Source of the DNA: Gnetum montanum
Lineage: Eukaryota; Plantae; Gnetophyta
Reading direction: 5' to 3'
NCBI GenBank assembly: GCA_015680685.1
Contig: MNCI01002011.1
Location: 694,470 to 758,469, forward strand
Length of the DNA stretch: 64,000 nt
Shown: piece after piece, positions 1 to 12,830 of the stretch
Position numbering within the stretch: the stretch's first letter is position 1
Layout: the number at the start of each line of letters is the position of its first letter
Program-made: the position numbers and the translations under genes
Notes under the pieces: model-generated
The model's database searches: none
What the model was told of the DNA's origin: nothing
Seen by the model: the letters and a program-made list of their open reading frames with translations, nothing else

Positions 1-639
1 TAATATAGACTACATTTTGTACACCAGGCATAACACAAATAATAAAACTACATTAACACCTAGTCTTTTTTTCCCCTATTTTTTCTCTACCTTATTTTGG
101 TATTATCCTTATGATAAATTCAGGTTCATATTTGCATTTATATCTAGTATTTATATTTTTATCATAGTCAAACTAACACATAGATTAGTTATTAGAAAAA
201 ATAATAGTAACTTGCATAAAAGGAATGCATTTACAATGTTTACTTGATGTAGTGATTTTCTTTAGAAATACTATTTTTTCTATATTTTTTTAACATGTAT
301 TTTTATACACAAGTACACAAGGAATTATCTCATTTTTATATTCACCTTTAATAAAACCTCTACTCTTTCTTTATAAATGTAGGTAAATGCATCATTGTAG
401 AAATAAGACCAATGAATAGAATTCTTAGAAAATGGTGTTGGTGGTAAATCTTGTATTTCTTGTTGCCTTTCCTTTTTCCAAATACCTATATGCTTTTTTC
501 TAACTCACATATGTTGAAGAATAATAATTAACAACATATGTACTTCCTAGGGATTAATAGTTGATATTACAAATATAGTGTATTTCTATAATTCTTGCTA
601 TGGATTAATTAACTTATAAAATTGGGGAGGGTGGGGTGA

Positions 640-1131
640 AAATGAATGATTTATAATAAAAATAAAACCATTCAATGTAAACACATAAATAAAATGAGCC
701 TATTGATGGGTGTGGTAAAGCTCATCACTTTAAAATCCACTTAAATTAAAGTTGTAGTTAAGAATACGACTATGGTACATCCTTAGATGCTACACATTCC
801 TTGTAGGGTGAACAATAATAAATTTAGTATCTTGTAGAACTTACAAGAACCTTGTAAGATGAAGAATAAATTATGATGTGCTTGTACCTATTACTTACCT
901 GTACTAGTACAACAACTCCATGCTAATATGACGTCCAATACATGGATATAAATAGCTTAGGTCAAACCCTCCAAGGTTACCTTGAGAGACATGTCTGTTA
1001 TTACAATGCATCCTTTCAGGTCTTAATTACAACTTTCCCTTTTAGGTCTTATTACAATAAACACAACATTAGTTATGAAGAGACATCATCTTCATTATTC
1101 AACGACATAATTTGGGAATGAGGATATGATA
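640..1131. mobile_element. Degraded LTR fragment (probable solo LTR), inverted homolog of the solo LTR at 20135-20701
   Basis: 921-1045 (ggtcaaaccctccaaggttaccttgagagac...ttacaact) and 1101-1131 align by eye to the reverse complement of 20135-20330. Left boundary approximate. Confidence 0.6.
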
Positions 1132-3424
1132 CTTCTAGAGATAATAATAATTTTGAAGAATTGTCATTTGTAGAAAAAAATTATTCAAGATAGGCACTTA
1201 CCACATATATCCTACTAAACACATAAACATGATACAAACATATCTAGCTAAATGTAGTGATATTCTCAATGAAAAACACCATACTAACATGTCCCATCTT
1301 CTATTTTTGGATATAGAAAGAAGATTTAAACAAAAGAAATTAGGCAAATTCACATTGTCATTTTCTTATTTGATAAGGTAGTTATACAAAAGAAATAGTA
1401 TCAAAGGATATACCAATAACATAGCCAGAATAGCTCAAAATACCTCATACATAAAAATAGTAAAGCATACGCTTGCTAAAAAAGATTAGGTGAAAACATA
1501 ATCAAGCATACTAGCAGATACAATTCTAATAGTAGAAACTAGTGATGCAAGTCCTACTACACATATTCTCATAGAAGATCTAGGGGCATATAGACTATCT
1601 ATGAGTCATTTAGAAGAGTTAAGAGAAGTAGTTATCTAGAGGATGAACGATGTAGCAAAAATGTTTAAAGTTACATAAGATTAACTATATGTTTCATCAA
1701 ACCTTATAACTGGGTCGATTTTAGTTAACATTACAAGAGAAGATTTGATTGTATAAATTTCTAGAAATTAATTTTCCTTCCAAGTAATAGTTAAAATAGT
1801 AGAAGGAGCTATCATTCTCATTATGCAACATGAGAAAAAGCAAGGAGATGTGGAACTCATCACAGACCATATCAAAGATTCTCTTAATATTCTAGTTATG
1901 CCACCAATAAATTTCACTAGATTATATATTTTGAAAGAAATGGTTGAAAAAAAATAGAAAAATAAAATGAGATAATAAGCATTGACCAACACAAAGATGC
2001 ATTAGAAAGACTAGTGCAAATAGGAAAAACTATCTTGGATGTATCTAAATTTTTTTAAAATATTATAGGCATCTAATTGGAATTAATATAAAAGAGAAGT
2101 TAACTATTATAGAATCAAGATTACAACATGTTGAGTTGGAGATTCAAAGAATGTAAAATGAATTAGTCCAACTTAGAATCTAGCTTGAAGATGCTTTAGG
2201 ACATGTTTCTCTAGAGTAGTTAGAACAATTTAGAATAGAACAAGTCAAAAACCTTAAGATTGGAAAAAATCAATTGGAGATGAAGTAGATGATAAGACTT
2301 ATGCTCATGCAAAATCCATTGTTGCATTAGAAGAAGAAAATAAGATCCCTGCTACTAAAAATAAAAATTTAGTCAAAATTGAAAGAGAGAAAGAATAGTT
2401 GGAGAAAAGCCTCAATTATTTTTAATAGTATCTTGCAAGAGTTAGTTTGGATGTTAACAAATTAACTAGAGAAAATAGAAACTTATCAATGAAATATGTC
2501 CACATAATTTGATGAAAGTATATAACTAAAATCAACACATGATAGAATGAGACCAAGAAACATGAAAAGATCAAGGAACATTTTAGAGACGAAACTTGAA
2601 TGCAAAAGCATACAAATGAGAAGAAAATTAAATTAGAAAATGCTAAGGTCAATATTGCATTTCAATGGATGCCTAAATGGTAGCTTCTCCTTGATAGCAT
2701 CATTGATATTAACCAAGTAGAGCTAAGGATGAAAGAATTAAAAATTGAGGACATGACTCAATATTTGGAATTAGCTAATCTTAGATATGCCAATCTAGCA
2801 AAGTTGATAATAACTAAACTAAGAAATGAGCTTGAAAATGTTGGTGTTGGAAATCTCAATTTTTGGAATGAAAACCAAAAGATTCAAGTGCTAGAACAAT
2901 TTTAACTTTGAGTCCCAAGGCCTTTGAAAAATGGGACTCAAGGTACCTCGGACAATTTTTTCGATCACCTAGGGACTTATGAAATGCAAATGGAAAGAGA
3001 AAATAGAAACATAAATGTAGACGTAGACGAAATTGGTAATGAAGATGAAAATGAAAACGTAAACATAAATGGAAATGAAGTTGCAATCACAAATATGAAA
3101 ATGAAAATAAGAGCAGAAATGGAAACATGAACTAAAAATTGAACATGAACAATAACTTTATAAAAAAATAAACAATAATATTCACAAAGTATAGATTTTG
3201 TTCCAAAGGCACTAGAAGTTGTTGGCAAGAGCTTGAAGTCTATTGGAGATGGTAGGCTATGTTCTACTACAACTCCATGATCTAGTTTCTCCCTAGCTCT
3301 AGTTTCCAATAGTTTTCCATCAGTTTCTACTAGGATATACAATGTGATTATGAAAATGGATTTTCAATTTTTGGTGCAATGGTAGCTACGTGGGAGTCTC
3401 TATGCCCAACATAGTGCTAGTTTC

Positions 3425-3906
3425 TGTAATCCACATCATTTTGTTTACGCATTGTTGATAATGCACTTCCTCATTTCTATGTTGGCATTAATGTGGCCTC
3501 CATATCTCATAACATGGCCTTCATATCCCATAACATGGCCTCCATATATGATAATAGATAACACATGTTTGTGTTTGGGTTGGGGTGGCATCTACATTTG
3601 GATGGGGTTTTGGGTCTCTTATTTTTCAAATTTTTCTCTCATGGTAATTGATTCCATGGCCTATAAATTTGTTCTTGATGGGAGAACAAAGGTACCAAAA
3701 AATCATAGTAGGATTGTAGTTCTAGTCCTTTTCATAGATGCTTAAGGTTTCATACACCATTTTTGCAATGTGCCAATGTGAAAGAAAAATCTGAATGCCA
3801 AGATTAATTGAAGGCATCAATGGCTGGAGGTTAGTTCCATTTCCTTCTACATTTTGTACTTTGATTACTTGTGCAATCTAGTTTTCTGAACAATTATTTT
3901 CTTGCA
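3425..3906 (+). repeat. 5' LTR of the Copia element
   Basis: TGTAATCCAC...TTCTTGCA, direct repeat of 9346-9827; contains three 21-bp tandem units and a TATAAAT box. Confidence 0.95.
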
Positions 3907-3908
3907 TT

Positions 3909-3920
3909 TGGTATCAAAGC
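3909..3920 (+). other. Primer binding site, tRNA-iMet type
   Basis: TGGTATCAAAGC (consensus TGGTATCAGAGC), 2 nt after the LTR end. Confidence 0.9.
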
Positions 3921-4979
3921 ATTAGATCTCTGTCTTGATGTAGTTTTTGATAATGGTATAATCTGGAGACAACATTGTTTAATATTTCTATGCATAGTTG
4001 GATTTTTTTTATTTATGTATGCATCATGATTTCTTTGAATATCACATTGTAAGTTGTATCGTAGCCTAGGGAATCTAGTGAAAATTATTCAATAAGGATT
4101 AACTCAGGTATGAGTTCAACCTCCCTAGAAAATGTTTCCCTTAGCATGACAGGTACAACATTACTGAAGTTTTGTGTAGGGTCTAGGCAAAGGGATCACA
4201 CCCACTAATTTGATATGCATACATTAAATATACTTGAGAAAAGATTCTTGTGTGCATGCCATGGAAACACAAAGTAGTTGCAACCAAAATTTTAAAGGTG
4301 TCATTTTCCATAGGCATGAAGTTATATGTTTTGATAAAGTCATATATCCATCATGTATTTTTCCTAAAGTTATATGCATCAAGTCATTCAATATTTTTGA
4401 TAAAATGGTAACAACTAGATATGCATAAAGTTGTTCAATATTTTGATAAAATTATGTTTATACCATGTTGAATTTGGTAATTTATCAATTTTATGCATAT
4501 TTTTGTATATGTATGCATCATTTTTTCATATGAATTATAACTAGTGATCTATATAATTTTGTATAATTAGAAAGTAGCCACAACATCTTTAATTATGCAA
4601 AATTATGTACTAAGAGCTTTTGGATCACATATGGTAAACAACATTAAAATTGTAATTAATCATATGTAATATGATAAATTTTATTCCATAGGAATTTTTA
4701 TTGTATTTTATATGATTAATTAGGATGATATGTTAAATTATTTTTCTTAATTTGCCCATAGGAATTAAGAAAAGGAATATAATTTAATAGTTTCATTGTA
4801 AGGATATATGAATTTGTTTGGATTAAAATTTAGCCCATAGGAAATTTTATGTTATTTGATTCATATTTTTCATGATTTACATTGGTAAAAATGACTTATG
4901 GTATCTTAACCTCAAATTTAGTGGCATAAGTATGTTTGATTATGCAGTTGTNCTTAACCTCAAATTTAGTGGCATAAGT

Positions 4980-7900
4980 ATGTTTGATTATGCAGTTGTA
5001 CAACCTGTAAGCTACTCTGATTTTAAATGTGACATTCTTGAATTAAAGGCTAAGAATTATAAGATGCGGAAGGAGATAATTCTTCTTCATTTAGGTTAGA
5101 TGGACATTAATTATGCTATCCATAAGGATGAACCACCTATCGTTACAAAAATCAGCCATTCGGGTGATATTGGTAATTATGAAAAATGGGAGTGCTCTAA
5201 TCACCTCTGTGTCATGTTCATAAAAACCAAGATCTCAACTAGTTTGCATGGTTGACTGGAATAGTATGACAATGTGCATGCTTTGTTAAAGGCCATTGAT
5301 GAATAGTTTGAGTCATCAGACAAGGCGTTGGCTAGCACCTTGATAATGAAGTTCTCATCCATGAATCTCACTAAAACTCATGGTGTGCAAGAGCACATCA
5401 TGCAAATGAGGGATATAATAGCTTAACTCAAAATACTTGAGGTTCAGATGTCAGAATCTTTCCTTGTGCACTACATCTTAAACATGTTCCCATCGTAGTA
5501 TGGACCCTTTAAGATTTCTTATAATACACATAAGGACAAATGGTAAATCAATGAGCTAATGACCATGTGTATGCAAGAAGAGGGGAGACTTGCTATGGAA
5601 GCAATAGAGAGTGTGAATCTAACTACATAAGGAAAGAATAAAGAACAAGCCAAAGGCAAGTGAAATGTCAAATTACCTACACAAGCTAATATTAAGAAGG
5701 AATCTAGATGTTTTGTCTACAAAAAGAAAGGGCACATAAAGAAGGATTGTTCTAAATATCAGAAATGACTTGAAAAGAAAGGTACTCAACCCTCACTTTT
5801 TTTTTAATCTAATATGGTTGATGTTGGCCATGACACATGGTGGATTGATTCTAGTTCTACAATCCATGTTACCAATTCCTTGCAGGGGGTGCAAAACCTA
5901 AGGAAGACAATGGAAAATGAGTTATTCATCTATTTAGACAATAAGATGTGCTCACATGTGGAGGCAATTAGGACATGCAAATTAGTTTTAAGTAGTGGTT
6001 TTGTTTTAGAATTGGAAAAGACATTTTATATTCCAAGTTTTTTAAGGAATTTAATTTCTGTTTCAACGCTTGTATCATTAGGATTTTCCTTTAATTTTTC
6101 AGACACTATATTCAATTTATATTATAGAGCTGAACTTATTGGAAGTGGTACATTAACAAATGGTCTTTTCAAAATTAATTTACAAAATGAAAGTTCTTAT
6201 ACTTCTATGCATGTTTAGGTTGGCATTAAGAGATGTGTTATGAATGAAAAATCCTCTCTATGTTGTGGCATTGTAGATTAGGACATATCTCTATTGAGAG
6301 AATAAAGATATTAGTAAATGATGGAGTAATTAGTACTTTAGATTTTACTGACTTTGATACTTATGTGGACTACATAAAGGGAAAGCAAACCAATGTGTTA
6401 AAGAAAGGTGCCAAGAGGAGTTTAGACATATTAGAGATCATACATATAGATATTTTTAGTCCACATATGGATGCGTATGGCCAAAAGTATTTCATTACCT
6501 TTATTGATGATTACTCATGATATATGTATCTCTACCTACTTCATAACAGGAGCCAAGCTTTAGATGCCTTTAAGGTGTTTAAGGCTAAAGTAGAGAAAAA
6601 ATGCAGTAAGCAAATAAAGTTAGTGAGATCTGATAGAGGTGGTGAATACTATGGTAGATATACTAATGATGGACAAGCACCTTGTCCATTTACTAAGTTT
6701 CTTCAAAAGTATGGAATTGTTGCCCAATACACTATGCCTAGTTCTCTAGACCAAAATGGTGTGCAAAAAGAAGAAACTAAACATTATTGGACATGGTGTA
6801 GAGTATGCTTAGAAGCTTCAAGCTTTCTAAGTCCTTGTGGACTAAAGCTCTCAAGACGATGGTGTATATATTAAACCAAGTTTCAACCAAGGCTATCTCA
6901 AAGACACTATTTGAATTATGGAAAGGTTGAAAACTGAGTTTGCAACATATATGTGTTTGGGGATGCCTATCTAAAGTAAGAGTCTATAATCCACAAAAAA
7001 AGAAGCTAGAACCAAGGACCATAACTAGGTATTTTGTTGGATATTCTGAATGGTCTAAGGGATACAGATATTATTGCCCATCACATACTACTAGGTTTGT
7101 GGAATCAAGGAATGCTAAATTTCTTGAGAATGACTTGATTAGTGGGAGTATTAGATCTTGGAACATTGTTCCTGAGATAGATCATACAGACACTCAACCC
7201 ACTATTTTAAATGATAGACTAATTTTTGTGCACAATACACCTAGAGCACAAATGCATAGTGAACAACAACCAATCATTGAAGTTCCACAAACTGCTAATC
7301 AAGAAGTAGTAGATCCAGCTAAACAATAGATACCAGAACCTATTGAACAACCTGTTGAACATCATGATCCTCAACATAATGATGAACCAACATTAAGGAG
7401 ATCTACTAGAGTAAGGTGATCAGCGATTTCTAGTAACTATATGGTCTATCTATAGGAGTTTGAATACAACATAGGAGCCGAAAATGATCCTGAAACATTT
7501 TCACAAGCCATGAGTTATAAGGAATCTAACTTGTGGTATGATGCCATGAAAGATGAGATGAACTTTATGTCATCTAATGGAGTTTGGGATCTTGTCAAGT
7601 TTCCTAGTGGTGTAAAAGCCATTGGATGCAAATGGGTCTTCAAGACTAAGAAAGACTCGTTGTGTAACATTGAAAGATATAAGGCTAGACTTGTTGCTAA
7701 ATGGTTCACTCAAAAAGAGGGAATAGATTACAAGGAGACCTTTTCTCCTATATCTAAGAAGGAATCCCTTCATGTTATCATGGCATTAGTTGCACATTTT
7801 GATCTTGAATTACATCAAATGGATGTGAAAATAACATTTCTTAATGGCAATCTAGAGGAAGAAGTTTATATGAAACAACTTGAAGGATTTTTCTCTAGTG

Positions 7901-9054
7901 ATGATGATCAATTGTTATGCAAGCTCAAGAAATCCATATATGGATTGAAATAGGACTTCCATCAATGGTACTTAAAATTCCATGATATCATCACTTCATT
8001 TGGTTTTGAAGAAAACATAATGGATTAATGTATATAATAGAAGGTCAATGGGAGAAAAATCTATTTCCTTATTCTATATATGGATGATATCCTTCTTGCA
8101 ACCAATAATAGTGGATTTCTATAGGAGGTGAAACATTTTCTCTCTAAGAATTTCAACATGAAGGATTTGGGTAAGGCAACTTATGCCATTAGCATTCAAA
8201 TCCATAGGGACAAATCTAGATGTATTCTGGGACTATCACAGGAAACCTATATTAATAATGTTTTAGAGAGGTTTCAAATGAAAGATTGTTCACCAAGTAT
8301 AGCATCCATTGTAAAGGGTGATAGGTTTAATTTCAACTAGTGCCCTAGGAATGATTTAGAGAAGAGTCAAATGAGAAACATTTCGTATGCTTTAGCTATT
8401 GGAAGCCTTATGTATGCTTAGGTCTGCACAAGACCTGACATTGCATTTGCTGTGGGAATGTTGGGTAGATATCAGAGTAATCTAGGTATTGACCACTAGA
8501 GGGCTGCAAAAAAGTGATGAGGTACCTTTAAGGTACAAACGACTACATGCTTATGTATAAATGGCTTGCCTCCTTAGAGGTGACTAGCTACTCTAATTCA
8601 AACTTTGCTAGTTGTGTTAATTCATGGAAATCCACATCTAGTTATGTTTTTATGCTAGTTGGAGGGGCTATATCTTAGAGTGGAAATCAAACTTTGATTG
8701 CTACTTCCGCAATGGAGGCAAATTTTGTTTCTTTTTTTGAGGCTACTTCACATGGTGTATGGCTAAAGAGTTTCGTAAGTGGGCTTAGAATTGTGGATTC
8801 TATATCTAGGCCATTAAGAATGTTTTGTGACAATTCAACTGTTGTCTTTATGGCTAAGAATAATAAGAGTGGCAGTCAAACTAAACACATCGACATAAAG
8901 TACTTAGCCATAAGGGAACGCATTAACGGAAAAAAAATTGGTCCTTGCACATATAAGCACTGAATTAATGATATCTAATCCTTTGACAAAAGGAATGCCA
9001 CTAAAATCATTTAAGGATCATGTAGTTTGGATGGGATTTGATTCCATAATGTAA
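4980..9054 (+). pseudogene. Copia gag-pol polyprotein pseudogene (gag, zinc knuckle, protease, GAG-pre-integrase, integrase, RT, RNase H)
   Basis: ORF fragments WWIDSSSTIHV (PR), LWHCRLGHIS, IIHIDI...FITFIDDYS (INT), GCKWVFKTK...RYKARLVAK and HQMDVKITFLNG (RT), LYMDDILLA, KHIDIKYLAIRE (RH). Many premature stops. Confidence 0.95.
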
Positions 9055-9345
9055 TTTTTTGCACGTATAACTTTACAGTCTTAATGAAACTCTTATTCAA
9101 TTGTGCTATTTTCTCATATGGTTTGTGCATATAGTTATTAGAGAAAATACACATATGGTAGGGCCTAGAATGAACATTGGGTTTATTCATAAAGTTAAGT
9201 TACCATATAAGGAATTAAGTTTTGAGAGATAATACATTGTAATACATGGAAGATAATACTCACATTGAGAGGAACTATCACCATAATTTATGCATTTATT
9301 TCTTGAAATTTGGATTTGATTAAATATGGAGACCAAGTGGGAGAT

Positions 9346-9827
9346 TGTAATCCACGTCAACATGTTTACACATTGTTGATAATGTGCTTCCTCATTTCCG
9401 CATTGGAATTAAGGTGGCCTCCATATCCCATAACGTGGCCTCCATATCCCATAATGTGGCCTCCATATCCAATAATACATAACATGTTTTTGCGTTGGGG
9501 TTGGGGTGGCATCCACATGCAGATGGGATTTTGGATCTCTTATTTTTAAAATTTTTCTCTCATGGTAATAGACTCTATGACCTATAAATTTGTTCTTGAT
9601 GGGAGAACAAAGGTACCAACGAATCACAATAGGATCGTAGTTCTGGTTCCTTTCACAAATGCTTACGGTTGCATACACCATCATTGCAGAGCACTAGTAT
9701 GAAAGAAGAATCTGAACACCAAGATTAATTGAAGGCATCAATGGTTGGAGGTTAGTTCCATTTGCTTCCGCATTTTGTACTTTGATTACTTATGCAATCC
9801 ATTTCTCTACACAATTATTTTCTTATA
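9346..9827 (+). repeat. 3' LTR of the Copia element
   Basis: Preceded by the PPT, followed by TSD GTTTC; terminal CA decayed to TA. Confidence 0.95.
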
Positions 9828-10097
9828 GTTTCTACTACCAAAGAGTGGAAATAGATTGTGAAAATGCCAAAATTGCTGTTACGAGTGTAAAGTTTAGAAT
9901 TGCTACCAAGGGTTGCAAAAATGCCAAAGTGCTAGGAATGCAAAAGTGTTAGAACTACCAAGAAGTTGGAACCTAAAAATGATGTTGTCATTAGATATTT
10001 ATAGGGTTTGTGTGACTACTTTTGGGCTTGTACACCACTGTCATGATTGCTAATAGATTGGTGTCCATTTGTAGGTGTAACGACTATCAAATCTCAG

Positions 10098-10309
10098 CGT
10101 AGTTATCATTTATAGTAAGTATGGTATGGACTATAGCCACAAAACCCATCCATTTACTATAAATAGTAAATGGAATTTTGTGACTATGCTTGCATTGGTT
10201 GATGGTCATCTACTTTCAATGTAGTTATCACTTATAGTAAGTTTGGTATGGACTACAGCCACAAAACTGATCTATTTACTATAAATAGTAAATAGTTTTT
10301 TATGACTAT
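10098..10309. repeat. Two ~122-bp tandem units, each containing a ~55-bp imperfect palindrome
   Basis: CCATTTACTAT-AA-ATAGTAAATGG (10150-10173) inside ATAGCCACAAAA...TTTTGTGACTAT; second unit CTATTTACTAT-AA-ATAGTAAATAG. Confidence 0.85.
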
Positions 10310-11438
10310 GATGGCACCATCCTTACTATGCTAGCATTGGTGGTGACTACACTCACTATTGTTGGAAAAAATGGAAACTCCAACAATTCTAACATTGCAC
10401 TTCTACTTAGCTCTTGGTGGTAATTATGTTGGTTATTATAGTAGCCTTGTCTACTGTAGCTACTGTGTCTACTGAAAAATGGCTCCAGCGTAGTTGGGGC
10501 TATACCCCTAAAAGAACCCATGGAAATGCTAATTTTAGCCATTCCCAAGGCATTTTCAACCTTTCCAAGTCCAAATCTAAACATGAGGTACATTTTTCTA
10601 CTTAAGCAGTGAAGTAATAACAACTTTTAAAGCATTTTTTGGCCTCAAAAAGTTAAAGTATGTAAGATTGTAGCTCATGGACTACATATCTTATATTTAC
10701 AATGAATCCTTACCTCAAGTTGGGAAATGAAGGTTACAACATGAATTTTTTGTGGTGTTTCAAAAAAGTAGCTAGAAACCATGTATTTATTATATGAAAA
10801 TGAGCATAAACACTATAATGTTGTGCCATAAAAACTACATGTGCCAATGTAGACTAAAAGTATTGAAGGTAAAATAAACTAATTATAGGGATGTAGCTAG
10901 TAATTTGGAAAAATTCATGGTAGATTACCATTATGTGCAAGAACAAGAAAAATTATTTGACATTGAAAGAAACAAATTTCAAGCTTGGTACATTAAGGCT
11001 AATAAGCTTTTCCCATAGTTATGCCCTTGGAAATTGCCAATAATAGTAAACCTTGTCAATTTGACATGGACTATAAATGATCCTATGATGAATGAAGAGA
11101 ATCTATGAGTATTACTAAGCTACTTTCACATAAAAGAACTAGTAAATTTAGGTAAGCAATTGATGCAGGGAGAACCACCACTTCTAGGAACAACATAAAG
11201 ATTTACATTGAGCATTTTTGAAGATCCTATAATTTTTAGTAAATCTTGTAATATGTTTAGATGTTTTTATCTTTATTTTTTTAATTTACTTAGATAAATA
11301 ATATAATGCAACATTCAAGGCAAGTTAATTAATTAATTTTTATAATTTATTCACTCAAGTCACCTGCATAATTTTGTAACAAATTCTATCCTGCTTTTGT
11401 TTACCTCAAGAATAATTTTCTAGTCAATTATGGAGGCA

Positions 11439-12140
11439 TGATGAATATTAAAGAAGTCAAATGTGGCATCACACCTACTATATTGTAGCTATGATATAAT
11501 TTGGATTTGATACGATATCATAGATATGATGTATTTGAGATTGGTAATGCCTATAAATACTATCCAACCATTGTACTTAATGCATCTTTTCAGTCATAGC
11601 TAAGGTAGATTATTGCAATTTATTTCTGCAAATTTAGAACTACTTAGTGAATACCTACAATATGGTTTGGAGTGATTGCATAGAATCTTTATTTGAGTGA
11701 AAGATGCATGGACATATTTTATGATCAAAAGTAAAAGATCAATACTTTTTTTTTATCATTGTAACATATCACTTAGCATTGATTTACTTTCCAATATTAT
11801 TTACATTTTCATTGTATATTAGTAACTTAGAAAAATAAGTACAATTAGTTTTAAGTATAATGTATAATTGTCTAGTAATCTAGTCATAATATTGCTTGAT
11901 TTGTCTAATAGTGAATTACTTGGTAATCCTAGTCATGGTCATACCAATCCAAGATGTGTATGGTAAGCTAGGACTATATGCTTATCACTATTAAGCTAGC
12001 ACAAGATTTTATGTTTATTGTTTCTTAGATTTAGAACTAAATATTTAATTTAAAATTATTTACTTAGTTTTTATCATGCCAAATAATATCAAATCATATA
12101 ACTCACTATGAATTAAACTATATATATTATCCACAATTAA
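11439..12140 (+). repeat. Degraded 3' LTR of the Athila-like element carrying the 1132-11198 ORF
   Basis: Preceded by ctcaagaataattttctagtcaattatggaggca, homologous to the pre-PPT/PPT block next to 40876. Starts TGATGAATATT like the LTR at 58222; TATAAATA near 11552. Right end approximate. Confidence 0.65.
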
Positions 12141-12609
12141 CATGTTAGCTTTTTAGAGTATAAAATATTCATTTTTTATTTTTATTATACAATAGAAGTT
12201 TATTTGAATAAAGTATATGAAATTTTCAAATTAATAGAGAGTTGTAATATGAATTTGGCACCAATCCATCTATATATATATATCTATATGTAATTTTTCA
12301 GGTTTTTTTTGTCACTAAGGCAATATTGTATTATTTTTAGTAAACTTTACCCAGCTTATCACATATATATATTTAAGGCATCTCTTGTAAATTTGTATCA
12401 TAGAATCATAAATATAATTTTAGTAAGAATTTTACTATTTCATAATTGATTCATTAGTGTTTCATCAATTCATCAACATAATTCATCATTATTTACTCAA
12501 TTTTGGAACTTGAATGGTTAGAATTGGGGACATTTACTATTTTAATCATATCTTAGTCATTTCAAAACATTGTTTAGTGATTCTATATTTTTTTAAAATT
12601 AGACTAGGT

Positions 12610-12830
12610 AGCTATGTGTAGATAAAATTTAGTTAAATATCTATTGTGGTTTGGGGGAAATTAGCTTTATAATTTAACAAATTTTTTGAATCTTGAATTT
12701 TTACTAGAATGAATGATAATTAATGATTAGATCATCTCTCCATCATTGCATAATAATTTTATGTGATATTAAATTTATTTGAAAGCTAATATTTGTGAAA
12801 AGGTTGAGTTAAATTTTAAAATAAAAAACA
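12610..12830 (-). repeat. Diverged copy of 14285-14478, possibly LINE ORF1-derived
   Basis: ~200-bp match (aatatctattgtggtttggg...atttgaaagctaatatttgtg) between the two loci. Confidence 0.55.

Larger units (their letters stand above)
3425..9827 (+). mobile_element. Full-length decayed Ty1/Copia LTR retrotransposon, probably Bianca lineage
   Basis: Two 482-bp LTRs, TSD GTTTC (3420-3424 and 9828-9832), PBS TGGTATCAAAGC (3909-3920), PPT CCAAGTGGGAGAT (9333-9345), domain order gag-PR-INT-RT-RH. Lineage call rests on recalled motifs (MDINYAI.KDEP, SDRGGEYYGRYT.DGQAP.PF). Confidence 0.96.
2839..10762. mobile_element. Solo LTR (~1.5 kb net: 2839-3424 plus 9833-10762) interrupted by a Copia insertion
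   Basis: Termini TGTTGGTG...GTGTTTCA with flanks GAAAA (2834-2838) and AAAAA (10763-10767). Removing it restores LEK*LETMYLLY of the host ORF. TATA-like TATAAATA on the minus strand near 9995-10002. Confidence 0.65.
1132..11198 (+). pseudogene. Decayed extra ORF (ORF2, env-like position) of an Athila-like Ty3 element, split into 1132-2838 and 10768-11198 by nested insertions
   Basis: Manual translation matches the ORF at 41116-43971. 2732-2800 reads KELKIEDMTQYLELANLRYANLA, ~10960-11115 reads FDIERNKFQAW...KLFP*LCPWKLPII...WTINDP...EE, and it ends GEPPLLGTT* at 11198. The reading frame rejoins across 2838/10768. Confidence 0.75.

Noticed and set aside
531-560. ACAACA followed by a PBS-like sequence, suggesting an LTR end
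   Set aside because: Too degenerate, and no partner LTR in the window.
3490-3553. 21-bp repeats (and the AGACATCT arrays) as CRISPR-like arrays
   Set aside because: Eukaryotic LTR-internal tandem motifs with no unique spacers of regular length and no cas genes.
4905-4999. Perfect 47-bp direct repeat before the Copia gag
   Set aside because: The two identical copies are separated by a single N (4952) in an otherwise decayed element; almost certainly an unmerged contig overlap.
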